NCBI RefSeq assembly: GCF_001194135.2
Contig: NC_068988.1
Location: 36,782,169 to 36,846,168, forward strand
Length of the DNA stretch: 64,000 nt
From: Octopus bimaculoides
Taxonomy: Eukaryota
Direction: 5' to 3'
Made by a program: the position numbers and the translations under genes
Shown: positions 26,351 through 38,389 of the stretch, in pieces
How positions within the stretch are numbered: the first letter of the stretch is position 1
Layout of the letters: each line of letters opens with the position of its first letter
The notes under the pieces: generated by a model
Seen by the model: only the letters and a program-made list of their open reading frames with translations
Database searches by the model: none
Told to the model about the DNA's origin: nothing

Positions 26351-27478
26351 TGTGTAAATAGATTGTGTGTGGTTGTGTAAATGGATGTATGAATATTTAA
26401 TTTTCTATATGCATGTGTCTGTATATCTTTAATATGTATTATTTTCGCTTATGTAATCCGCTTTTGAATAGTAATTTTACGTTGTGGAACATCATTCAAT
26501 TATATAAACTTGTGCGTATTGAATATAAAGAAACTTAATTTACGCAAGTGTCAAACTTGTACACTTATATAATTTAGAGTGAGCTCAGTTTATTGTCTCA
26601 TTGTCTTCAATAATATAAGTAATCGACAGGGATTCATTGTTAGATACTGTTGCCTGAAAGCCATTGAAATCAAATTTAGAACACTAGGTGACATGTTTAC
26701 GTAATCTACTAAGACGTCCACCGCAAATGTTTGACAGACAACGCGAAATTCACTGTAAACAAAAATACTGAATTCGTACTGTAATTTGTACAGTCAGATC
26801 TATCAATTACATATGTCTCAGATGATATACTAACACATTTAAAACTAAACAGTGGATATTGAATTTCGTGCAAGATACGTTATGTTCGCATAATAGAAAT
26901 CATGGACACAAACGAGTATTTTCAGGGTTGATCGGTAAAAAAAAATAGAAAACGCGACGAATTAATCACTTGCACTGACAGAAGCACAAAAGATGAAAGA
27001 GAATTTTGTCTCACAACAGGCGAAGTTTGTTCCTAAGATACGCATCAAATTATACAGTATCGAGTATTAGATAATAAAATATATTCCAGTTGTTGCATCA
27101 TTTGAAACTATCTCTTCCCGCGAAGCCAAGCTAATACTTTATGATTTAAGTCAGCAATTTTGAGGAAAAGCAACGACCCCAGTCCAGTACTTGACTGGTA
27201 AATTATTTTATTTACCTTGAAAGAATGAAGGTAAAGTTTCAAATCGGCGTCCTTTGAACACAAAGCAAATGGAGCAAAGAATTTTTTCCGATGCTCTAAC
27301 AATTTTGCCAACTTTCGGAGGAGAGATGGACAACAAATACGCATAGAAAAAGTGCTAACGCATTTATTAAAACTCAAAAACTGTTGGCATAAACAGTGTG
27401 CGCAGTAACTAGAGATGACGAAAATCAACAACGATCGGATATCCACGTTTCAATCTACCAGAAAGTATTGAGTATATA

Positions 27479-27980
27479 CAAGGTTTCCCCGACTTCACTA
27501 TTTCAATGAAATTGAGGAAATTTAAGAATTTTATGTTTATTACATAATTATGATACCAACACAAATAGATTTAGAAATCATACATCAAAACTTTACTGAA
27601 AATTTTCAATATGTATTTCACCTGTTTCTCTGCAAATTTCAATTCTATCCTTAGTGTTAAAGATATTTTGAAGCATTTCAGGAGTTATCTTCCGCACTGC
27701 CAACTGAAGGCTTTCTTTAAGTTCTGATAAATTATTGCCTTATCCAGTGGATTGCAGCTAAATTGAAAAACAAAACAGCTACCGTGAAGAGATATCAACA
27801 GGTATCCAACAGGATTGAAAATAAGTTTATGAAGAACAAAAATTACAAGATTTACAAAAATATATACAAAATTTAAAATTTATACTCTTTTAAAATATAT
27901 TAAACATGATAGACAGAAACAAACGTTTTGAAAATTTGTCCGATTACACTGAAATAGATAGTTAATTCTGAGATACCCTG
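27479..27980 (-). mobile_element. Internally deleted Tc1/mariner-superfamily element
   Basis: TA-flanked imperfect TIRs (CAAGGTTTCCCC / CAGGGTATCTCA); minus frame LKESLQLAVRKITPEMLQNIFNTKDRIEICRETGEIHIENF resembles a transposase C-terminus. Confidence 0.55.
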
Positions 27981-28031
27981 TATAGACACGTTATTGTTTA
28001 GATTCCCGCTATTCTGCGTACTACACATAGA

Positions 28032-28400
28032 TTATTACCTCCGCCTTAACGAAGGCGGAAGTATTGTTTCGGTCGTGTTTGTTTGTTTGTCCGTGGACAA
28101 GGTATCTGAAGAACTGCTCGATGGATTCAGATGAAACTTTCAGGGACGTTTGACCGTGCGATTAGCACAAACTGATTAGATTTTGGAATCGATTCGGTAC
28201 CGGACAAGGATTTTGGATTATTTTTCCTGCTTTTTTACTTAATTTTTGAGAGCGGTCGGGTTCATTTTCAGCATTCTCGTTTGTGAGTGCAGTCGAATAT
28301 ATTTCAGATATTCCCATTTTAAAAACCATCTCTGGCTAATCGTTGAGAGGACGTTGGTGTTCCCTTGGCAGAGGTTTGTGATCTCTGAGTTCTTTTTTAC
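28032..28400 (+). mobile_element. DINE-1/HINE-like (Helentron-associated) non-autonomous element
   Basis: 5' TACCTCCGCC-TTAACGAA-GGCGGAAGTA hairpin, (GTTT)n, 3' sub-terminal inverted copy GGCAGAGGT, T-rich end. Confidence 0.6.
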
Positions 28401-29781
28401 ATTTTGATATTTTACTTAACATTCAATGTCTTTTCATCTTCCTTTGAACAAAATATAAAATCAAACTACATTTTTCTCATTACTACGGATGGCAAATGAT
28501 TTATACTGTGGTAAAAAAAAGTATAATATATATATATATATTTAGTAAAGTAAGTTCTAGAACAGAAGAATACATTTTCACTCATATATATGATACAACA
28601 GCTAGGGAAATATAAATTTACACATATAATCATATAACAGATTAGATTAACTGAATTGCTACCGAAATAGAAATACTCAACTAGAATAGACAAGAAAAAT
28701 GACAAAATTAAAACAAATATTTTATCAATAAACCACAAACGGCTAAGCCGTGAACACATTTCATTAAACCAAGAAATTTCAGTATAGACATGAGAAATTG
28801 TAAATATCTTGGGACCAACTGTTGTATATGGATAGATAATACATGTGTTAATTCTCGATAAGTAAAAATTTACAGCAAGGAAATATTAAAGTACATTACA
28901 GTACAGAAAAATATTTCTTGATAACATTAGTATTCTACGTAGAATGCCACAAGAAATATACTAGGTATTTTGCTAAGCCTTGTTATAAGCAATACGCAAG
29001 CCAGAAATCAACGAGCGTATGTGCCCCTATACAAATTGCATATGATGAGGTTTTATCAGAGATTCTTATGCAGATATATGTAATTATGTGTTAGCCATTT
29101 CGAAATCAGCAATGGGTATTTATCAGTTAGAATATCAATCCCATGATCCTTTATTGCCTGTCACAATCCACATTTTCTAATACCATATCAAGTATAATAC
29201 TTTCACAATAACTATTAAAAAATGAGAATTTTCATATTTCGTAATTATACATACCTAGCAAGTAGAACTTACACAACAGAAAAACTGTTGTTATTCACTC
29301 ATGGAATGAATGAAATTGAAATTAACAGTGTTGTATGTTTTTACAAGAATAAAAGGCTTCTTTCCCGAAGTAATTGCATGGATTTTAATAGCTTCAACAG
29401 AATTCATATATGTAATTTATTGTATGCCCTACCATACCTGATAATTATTCATTGTATTGTAGTTTGATTTTATATTTTAATAAGTTCTGCTTCCATGCTC
29501 TTATCATTTAATTTACAGGCTTTTCTCTTCTGTCTGTAACCATCTATTAACTTGTTATATAATAATGAAACCTATTTTGTTTTCACACTTCTTTCATTAC
29601 ACGTGACAAGACTCTCTTATTGCTTATTTCTACGTCACTAAAAACAATTATTTATAATTAATGACAGATGTTATATTTCTAATATATTTCACTTTTATGA
29701 CTATCATTATCATTCTTATCATTGAATTATTTCTCTGCTATACTTCTTTCAACATTAGCCATAGTTTCATCTTCACCATTA

Positions 29782-30000
29782 TCTCCTACTATTTCTTCTT
29801 CTTCTTCTTCTTCTTCTTCTTCTTCTTCTTCTTCTTCTTCTTCTTCTTCTTCTTCTTCTTCTTCTTCTTCTTCTTCTTCTTCCTTTTCTTCTTCTTCTTC
29901 TTCCTCCTCCTCCGCCTTCTCCTCCTCCCCTTCTTTATCTTTTTCTTCTTCCTTTTCTTCTCATCATCATCATCATTATTATTATTATTATTATTATTAT
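29782..30000. repeat. Compound (TTC)n/(CAT)n/(TTA)n microsatellite
   Basis: Direct reading. Confidence 0.95.
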
Positions 30001-30039
30001 GGTAGCGAAGTGACAGAATTGTTACCGCACCGTGTACGG

Positions 30040-30862
30040 TTTTTTCTTGCCATCGTTTCCTTGTATCGTTTTATGATGATACGCTACTGTTCCAGTTTTA
30101 GTTTGGATTTCAGTTATTTTACAACTTTTGTTCTTTCTTCTTTTTCTACATACTGCTCAGGTACTATAGTCTCTTTTATGCATTGTTCAGCTTCCTTAAA
30201 GACACAAAACAGATTTTAGTTTTGCTCACGGTTTGTGACTATTTGTAACAGTTTTCCTTGCTTCTGAAGTAGATATTTCTGTAATCTTATTGTGGTTATT
30301 TTATAACAGTTCTCTAGCTGTATAAGACCTCTGCCACTTTTCAATACGTCGTATATATAATCTTCTGTGTCAGATTCTGGGTCGTACATCCTAAATCCTG
30401 TCATTACTTTTCTTGTCTTCCTGTCTATTTTGATTAGTTCATTTAGAGTCCAGTTAAGAATATTGTAGCTGTTACTCATAACTCGGACAGCCAGAGTGTT
30501 GATACATATAATCTTGTTTTTCATATTGAGTTCAAAATCAATCTAACTCGTTTATGATATACCTTTCTTATCTTCTCTTTCGTTTGTATATGTATCTAGT
30601 TCATTGATTCTAAGTATTGTATATCTGGCTTTGGTCTAATTCTCTTATTTCATTCGCTCTATCGAGTGTGATGTTATTCTTAAATAGCTGTCCTATTTTC
30701 GAGATTGCTTTGGCACAATTTTCTCAGCCAAATTTCATGTTTATCTCTATGATGAATCCATTTACTATCTGTAGTAATGTTTCCATCTGTTCGTCATTTG
30801 TAACACACAATTTTATTATCATCCATATACAAATGATGGATGTTAGTTTTGCTGTTTCATTA
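30040..30862 (-). mobile_element. R4/Dong-like LINE RT fragment
   Basis: IHHLYMDDNK (YMDD), then NKIICINTLAVRVMSNSYNILNWTLNELIKIDRKTRKVMT...ESDT...SGRGLIQLENCYKITTIRLQKYL. Confidence 0.85.
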
Positions 30863-30866
30863 TTAA

Positions 30867-30935
<69 letters not shown>

Positions 30936-30942
30936 CAATATT
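30863..30942. repeat. (TTA)n microsatellite
   Basis: Direct reading. Confidence 0.95.
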
Positions 30943-30950
30943 ATTGTTAA

Positions 30951-31085
30951 GGCGGCGAGCATAATATTTTTAGCGGCATTTCGTCCGTCCTTAGTTTAAA
31001 TTCCGCACATGTTAGCTTTGCCTTTAATCCCTCCGAGTTGAAACATCAAGTACCAGTCAAGTACTCTGGTGGTATCTTTAATCTT
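30951..31085 (+). mobile_element. SINE family A (GGCGGCGAGC... head), degenerate copy
   Basis: Shares AATTCC..CTTTGCCTTT.ATCC..AAGTACCAGT with copies at 36762, 44091, 52271, 58789. Confidence 0.6.
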
Positions 31086-31322
31086 AACAATTGAAATAAG
31101 ATAGTAAATATAATTACACAGACAATGAAAATATGTAGTACAGATACTACTGAATATCAAGCTCTTACATTTCTACAATAGACATAAAAAGCAATATTGT
31201 GGAAACAATTTTATTCGCAAAATCATTACTGAACAAAAATGATTTTTACCGCAGATCTTTATCTCACTACGAAAGCAGAGATCTGTGTTGACAGATATAT
31301 GACACTTGGAAGAATGCTCTTT

Positions 31323-31325
31323 TGT

Positions 31326-31407
<82 letters not shown>
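31323..31407. repeat. (AGC)n(AGT)n microsatellite
   Basis: Direct reading. Confidence 0.95.
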
Positions 31408-32387
31408 ATGGCCATTGTCTCTAGAAGCAGAGGATTGCAAAGAAAATATAGGTAGAGAAACTGCTGCTGGTGTATCAGCATTAAAATTAGCAGGACAGAT
31501 GTAACAGCTTTCGCTACTTTTTCTACTGCTTCCAGAATGCCCCTAACTGTGTGTAACTGGAACAAAGATAATCACTTCCATTTTATCTTTGTGTCCGCAG
31601 TACGGGGGAAATACCCGAAATACAAAGGGCCTATATGCTGACAAAAGTAGAGCCAACCCAAACTTTCGGAGCATCGAAACAAGGATAGAGACGCAGAGGA
31701 GCTGAAAATATCTGACGTAGAGAAAATATAAGTAGTGGCTCGACACAAAGACGGGCCAATACCACGTAGTAAGTACATTCCATCTTTGTCCGAAACTGTA
31801 GGAAAAAGCAAATGGAAAGGCCGAACAACATGAACACTTGAACTTTGTACTGGCGTGACACATAATACGCTACACACCTTTGTATACATTTCTGTACGTA
31901 TTTCCCGTTTTCTCTTGTTTTGAATGTTGCGAGACTAGACAGCATAGACGTGCGATTACCATCATTCAATAGATATGGTGCTGCACTTTAGCTAGAACCT
32001 CATGAAATCCTTATTTAGAAGACATATAAAACATCCCTGCATATTTCGTGACGTATGATTTATGCAAAACTTATTTTTCTTTTTCCACTCCTAAACAATT
32101 ATTTCTATCTAAGATTTCATTACTAAACTTAACATTTTTAAACCTATGTATGGGAAACCGTGTTGTTGTTGTTAGCCTTGTAGCCGATGCTACCATTGTG
32201 GTTGCTACTGTTTAAATAGTCGTCAAATCGTCAAAGCAGCTCTTATTCCTATTAAAAAATATCAAAATATTTATTTCTTTGAAAATATCATTTGTTTGTT
32301 TTGCAATTTTGTTGTCAATTTTCTTTCTCTTTTGTTGTTAAACTTTCATTTGCATGTGTTCTGTGCAGCTGTCAAAGCCCTTTTTTG

Positions 32388-32391
<4 letters not shown>

Positions 32392-32474
<83 letters not shown>
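32392..32474. repeat. (GT)n microsatellite
   Basis: Direct reading. Confidence 0.95.
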
Positions 32475-32478
<4 letters not shown>

Positions 32479-32719
32479 CGTCTGCGTACGTCTGTGTACC
32501 TTTGTGCGTGTGTGCATATGTGTGTGTTGTGTGTGTGTGTGTTTATGTGTGTTTTTTGAGTGGGATTTCTTGCTGACATTTTCTGGTAAATGTCAACTTA
32601 GAAATACACTACAATACATACTTTGATGAATATATTTGCATATACATATTAAGAGACATATTATTTTAGGAGTATACATAACCACATAGTTTAGGTAAGG
32701 ACTCACCCATAATTCTCAT

Positions 32720-33600
32720 ACTGATCTACTTACCGCATTTCAAACAAGTAGCGATTACTACTTGTCTGAAATGTTCTCGTGAGCAACTTCAGTATAGAAC
32801 CTAGAAAAAGAGAATGATGGTGACCTCTCTTTTCAAGGAGCTTTTCTACCTTACGCCCAAAATTATTTTCTAGATCAGACTCTCTTCTAAATTGTCTTGA
32901 ACCAATCTTGCATATCTGCACTATCTTCTTTCGCTAAATGTTGCAGAACGTTACTCAACAAGTTCTTCAGGACTGTGAGAATCATACTGTGTAAGTATGA
33001 ATTCTCATCAGTTTCATCTTAAGAATTTTTGTTTTGTTTTTTGTCTACAAAAAGCTTTCCTTTTTCTCATTACTGTTATACATTTACTGACCTCTTCCCA
33101 TTACTGTTATCCATTTACTGACCTCTTCCTTTTTCATATTTGCCCCTTATCTGTAAGGTGATGACCTGGTACTGCTGAGACATAGGTCTTCGGTTTTTCG
33201 TTTTAAATCTACTTTCAGTATCACAAATATCTGTTTCGTATTTTCATGTGAGGGCTGATGGCTTGTTGTTTAGCATTTTGCTTCAGTTATATCTCTGTAA
33301 TGTTTCAAGCAATATTTTCATCGTTTTCACTCAGAAAGTGAATTTCTCGTGTGTGTCTATTTGCATGGCGGCGCTAGCATACTTTTACAAGGATTTCCAC
33401 TTTTGGAATCTGTGTGAAGGTTCTGTTCATAAATTTGTTTTGATTGGGTACATATTTGTTTACGTACTTGCTGCCAAATCTGTAACTCTTTTCTCTTCCT
33501 ATTACTCCAATACAAACTATCGTGTTGGAATATGATTAGGCAAAAAAAAAAGAAAAAAATTAAAACAAAAGATTTCAAAACACTCTAATGCGCACACTGG
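32720..33600 (-). mobile_element. Highly decayed R4/Dong-like LINE C-terminal fragment
   Basis: KQNAKQQA and DLKRKTEDLCL resemble the post-RT DLK.ETEG.I.AAQDQ region; very degenerate. Confidence 0.45.
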
Positions 33601-33759
33601 GCAAAAAGAAAATTGAAAACTAATTTCTCACATTTTTTAATGATAACTCTACACAACAGAACACAGGCATAATCATCCAATATTTCAAAAATCAATAAAA
33701 TGTTATCCAAAACAGGGTCAGACATAAACATGAACTGACAGGGGAAAAAAACTATGTTG

Positions 33760-33832
33760 AAGACGACGATGATGATGATGATGATAGCAATACCAATAAT
33801 ACTGATGATAACATCAACAACAACAAGAACTG

Positions 33833-33886
<54 letters not shown>

Positions 33887-34000
33887 CGATGATGACGACG
33901 ACGACGACGATGATGATAATAATAATAATAATAAGAAGAAGAAGAAGAAGACGAAGAAGAAGAAGAAGAAGAAGAAGAAGAAGAAGAAGAAGAAGAAGCA
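33760..34000. repeat. Compound (GAT)n/(GAC)n/(AAT)n/(AAG)n microsatellite
   Basis: Direct reading. Confidence 0.95.
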
Positions 34001-34563
34001 TGCTTTTTGCTTCATTCTTTCATTTGTACGTACAATCCAGTAATTTCGGATGAATAGCCAATTGATTATGTTAACCCCAATATTTTAGTGTTAATCTGTT
34101 TAATCGATATCTGAACGACGGAATGCAGAGTTGAATTTGGTAGGTGTAGAATTCAGAATCCATGGGATCGTAACTAAATCTGGAGACAATTTGCCTGGCA
34201 ATCTCATAGTTCTCCCGGTTAATCCGTTTCATTATAGAAATATTCAACATTATAACATCTCAGATATTGATGCTTGTGATCCAGTTTTTGGAATGCAACT
34301 TGATCTGCAGTAGTATGTTGGTAGAATATTGTGTGCACTTGGCAACAGTTTATAATTCCAGACAATATGTCTTGTTTTAGCTTGAACCAGGACAGCGATA
34401 AGTTTGAAGAGATGAAAAGAAGTAAAATGTGCGTAACAAAACAGGGTGATGCCTGCGTTTATTCCAGAAATTGCTGCAGAACTTATCACATTCTAAGTGT
34501 ATGGACGTAGATCATCATATATGGTATACCGAAGCATTTGAGTAGATGTAATAATAGCACATT

Positions 34564-34780
34564 GGGGAGGCCGTGGCTTAGTGGTTAGGTTGTTGAACTC
34601 ATCATCGTATGATTGTGGTTTCGATTCCTGGACCAGGCGACGCGTTGTATTCTTGAGCAAAACACCTCATTTCACGTAGCTCCAATCGACTCAGCTTGCT
34701 AAAATGATTAATCCTGCGACGCCTTGGAAACCTAAAGACCATCCCTTATGGGTCGGTATGACCCGAGAAGGAAAATTTAC
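34564..34780 (+). mobile_element. tRNA-derived SINE family B
   Basis: A-box-like TGGCTTAGTGG, B-box-like GGTTTCGATTCC, then TTCTTGAGCAAAACACCTCATTTCACG shared with 12250 and 45485 copies. Confidence 0.7.
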
Positions 34781-36761
34781 ATAGTAATAGCACATTGGCT
34801 ACCTAACAAACCACTTTAATCTCGTCAGTTGAGGACTGGTTCAAACATGACAATTTTTTACGCCTCAAAAGCTTCACGTGCATATGTCAGCACGTTTTCC
34901 GTCTATCACTTTTCGAACGGTATATCGTTCAACTTTTACAGCATTAGATGAAGAAAACATTCTTAATGCGACGAGCATTTCATTCATTTGTGATTGATGG
35001 CTCGTTATTTCTTCTTTTAAACACATGCATTTTGATATTGAAACAATCCGTAGTATGGCAAAGTTTGGCCGTATGAAAACGGTCGATTACGTCTCACATG
35101 CTCGCTCTCATGCAGAGGAGCACTAACAATTCACGGTTCACAGCAATGGAAACACTTGTTCTGTTACACGTTACTGTATATGTCAACTTAGACGTCAGTT
35201 AACAGTTATATACATACGCAAGTCTGAAATTTAAAATCATTTAACTTTGTTTTCAGTTTTTTGCCTCATTGTGAGTTTTAAGATTAGAGTTACGCAAGAT
35301 CGTCAAGACAGACAATTCCACTCACTATTACCAACCTTTTTCCTGAACATTTGATTTAATTTCCTCTAAACAGATGTACATTTCTGTTATGATTCGAATA
35401 GACGAATGTCGTTCCTTTATCAAGTGCAAATATTAACATTGTTTTCACGTCGCACTGTGACTACATGTGAGCATCGGACGTCTTTAGTAGCTTCATGTCT
35501 TCGGACACACAATGCAAGCTTGTCCTTTTGTGTTAAAGAAATAATTGTGAGTTATTCTTGGTGATAGATTGTTCGTCACCACATCTTTCTCTAGCTTGCT
35601 GTTTAATGGATCGTTGCTTCATTTCTTCTTTGTTGAAACGAATCAATTGTATTCTAATTACCATCTTCAAGACAACTCAAAACCGGTTTTTCATCAGTGA
35701 TCCCATCAAGATCGATCATGTTTTGTAACCGACTATTTCTAACTTTTGAAATCCCGTACTACATCACACATTTGAGCTAATAACTACCCTAACTAGCTCT
35801 AATTTGTATCATATCACGCATTTTACTATTTAGGAGAAATCAAATTGATAACTATTAGGTAGTTGGAATGGACTGAACTGCTTTCCGAAGCTTTTACACT
35901 CCCACCATCTTATCAACTAACCTCATAGCATTCCAGTGTGCATGCAAAATACCATTCTAATCTCTCACTAAATAATATAATTTACAGTGAATCGTATTCT
36001 GGAGATTTGAACAACTCAGGCCACCCTGCAATTCTTGGTGGAGAATTAGATGCTGCGAGTATAGTACACGTAGTGGTTTATTAGAAGCAACGGTATTCGC
36101 ACGAGTGTAAAAAGAACGTCCGTAAGTGAAATTCATGACTTCAGAAAAGAATTCTTCCCCACCATCTGAGCCTGGCCAACAAAATCTGGTGGATATTTCG
36201 TGATCATAAATAACTGTTGTAAGTGTCCCGGAAATCTTAACTTAACTGACAGCTACCACATTTACATCTTATTAGGCAGCAAAGTAAGTCGTCATGATTC
36301 TAATGTGAACCCAGATCAGTTGCTTTAGTATATTCGACTAAGAGTATGCTCGTTGGAAAGGTCATTATGATGTTGGAAAGAGACATGTAATTCAGCCACT
36401 TCGCAAACATATTTCTTGAAAGACACCAGAAGAATTCTAATGGTTGTTAGGTTATGCATTTGTCTGAGGTTTTGTATTCCTTTCTCAGCCGAAGGTGGCT
36501 GTTTTATATTTTCCATCTCCCTAGATTATCAAATGGTTCTGGCGTGTCCTCTTCCACAATCTTGCCGCAAGATGAGGTTTGGTAACTGCAGAGGCCTGCA
36601 GCACGGGAGCACTCAGCTGTGAATGATGCTCATATATTTCTTTCTACATAATTGGCGAAAATGATATCATCAGGTGGTGTGGTTTGGCCGTACGGTGAGT
36701 TCTGTTTTAGACTGTTACTTTAGACGTGTGTATGGTTGCTATTATTATTACTAGTTCTTCA

Positions 36762-36965
36762 AAGATGTCCGCTGGCAGAATCGGTAGCACTCCGGGTGAA
36801 GTACTAAGCAGTAATCCGTCTACCACAACGTTCTGCGTTCAAATTCCATCAAGGTCGATGTTGTTTTTCTTCCTTTCGGGGTCGATGAATGAAGTACCAG
36901 TGAAATACTAGGTTTGATATAATCGACTAATCCCCTCTCCATAATTTCGGGCCTTGTGGCTTTAG
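36762..36965 (+). mobile_element. SINE family A copy
   Basis: GCTGGCAGAATCGGTAGCAC...GTTCAAATTCC...CCTTTCGGGGTCGAT...GTACCAG, ending in ATT repeats. Confidence 0.7.
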
Positions 36966-37084
36966 TAGAAAGTATTATTATTACTACTTCTGTTGTAGTA
37001 ATACAATTTCTTGATGTTTTTTTCTGGTAAATTTTCTGTTGCTGTAGCTGTCTATGTTATTACATATACTACTCTAAGACACAG

Positions 37085-37245
37085 GCATCTTTATGTGGTA
37101 AGAAGCTTTATTTTCAGCTATACGGCGTCGGGTTCAATTCATCTGCACGAGACAATTTTGACGAATGTCTTCTAATGTTGGACAGAAGCGATCAAATGCT
37201 TGTGAGTGGATTTGGTAGTCGGAAAATGAATGGAGCCTGTCGTGT
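37085..37245 (+). mobile_element. SINE-like repeat ending in (GT)n
   Basis: GGGTTCAATTC B-box-like; GTGAGTGGATTTGGTAG segment related to 9645-9800. Confidence 0.5.
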
Positions 37246-37834
37246 GTGTGTGCGTGTGTGTGTGTGTGTGTGTGCGCGTACATATATATGGGTGGTTTTC
37301 TGTAAAGACAGGCACATAACAAAACCAACTAAAAACAAAGAGTGATGGACAAATAACCATGAATACCATGAAATGCTTGATTTACACACACTACTAAACA
37401 ATACTCCTCCAAAAATATACAGGATTAAAATCATACGGTAATTACCCAACAAAAGGAACAAACCCCACAACATATGCTGTAGACGTCTGATACCCAACAC
37501 AAGAACACAACTTGAGTTGCGAAAAAAACACACAACGCAAAACCTAATGCAGCAGAAGACTCAAACCAAATCCCATAGCAAAACATACTGATGCGAAACA
37601 ATTTTCCACGCCCCACAAAAAATACAGCACACACAACCTCACTAGCACAAAAGTGCAACAAACGATGTAATAAACAGTGCTTGAAACTATCAGATATAGA
37701 AAAAGAATAGTTATGACGTTGGTGACGAACGTTAAGTTACCTCAGTTTATGAGAGACGGAAGTTTCCGTAGAAACTCTGATTATAACAACAGAAATGAAA
37801 CTGCAATTTTAAGAGAAGGCCTATTCCTAGGCAG

Positions 37835-38385
37835 TGATTCAGTAAAAATGCACACTGACAAATTATCCTAATACAGCACCAGCATTTAGTAGAGTAAGGA
37901 GGAGGAATCGGACCAGCGAAGAAAACAGGATAATGACGCAGTGCTACTTAGAAAGTGAACCTAAAAGAAGGGGCTATAGGAAACGGCTTTTAACACTTTG
38001 GGTAGAGAAGTGTATGTTTACAGTGACTGAGCAGAGATTAGTAGATCAAGCTAATGCTATTTGGCGAAGAAAGTGGATGACAGAATTGGAGGTGGTAAAG
38101 ATGACGGGAGAACTAGAAAAGAAAGACCAGGCAGTAAGAAAGACAAACAACAACATAAGAGATACAGCTCAAACCAAAGAAGAATCTAAAAGAAAAGATA
38201 ATAGCCTCACCAATAAGAAAGGGACAACTGACACTAGCGACGTAAGTGATTTAAGTGAGGAAGATCAGAAGAGTTTAGCTGAGTAAAGAAGTAAGACAAA
38301 GACTGCCAGCATTAAAAGATTCCAACAGGAAAAGCTGCTAGATATCACTAGGAAAGTGGTGTTGTTGAAAGTGGTGCTGAGTGGC
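37835..38385 (+). mobile_element. R4/Dong-like LINE ORF N-terminal fragment
   Basis: MTQCYLESEPKRRGYRKRLLTLWVEKCMFTVTEQRLVDQANAIWRRKWMTELE matches the R4/Dong N-terminal CY..S.P..RGYRKRM..LW...G.F..SEQRL.DQA..I pattern. Confidence 0.8.
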
Positions 38386-38389
38386 AAGC

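Noticed and set aside
27108-27446. 112-aa minus ORF / possible hAT C-terminus on plus
   Set aside because: Only a vague EQRIFS resemblance; no TIR or catalytic motif.
31570-31970. Cluster of overlapping ~105-aa minus ORFs
   Set aside because: No homology recognised; all plus frames have stops; treated as chance or unknown repeat.
34100-34550. Short ORFs on both strands that looked exon-like
   Set aside because: No recognisable motif or convincing splice pair.
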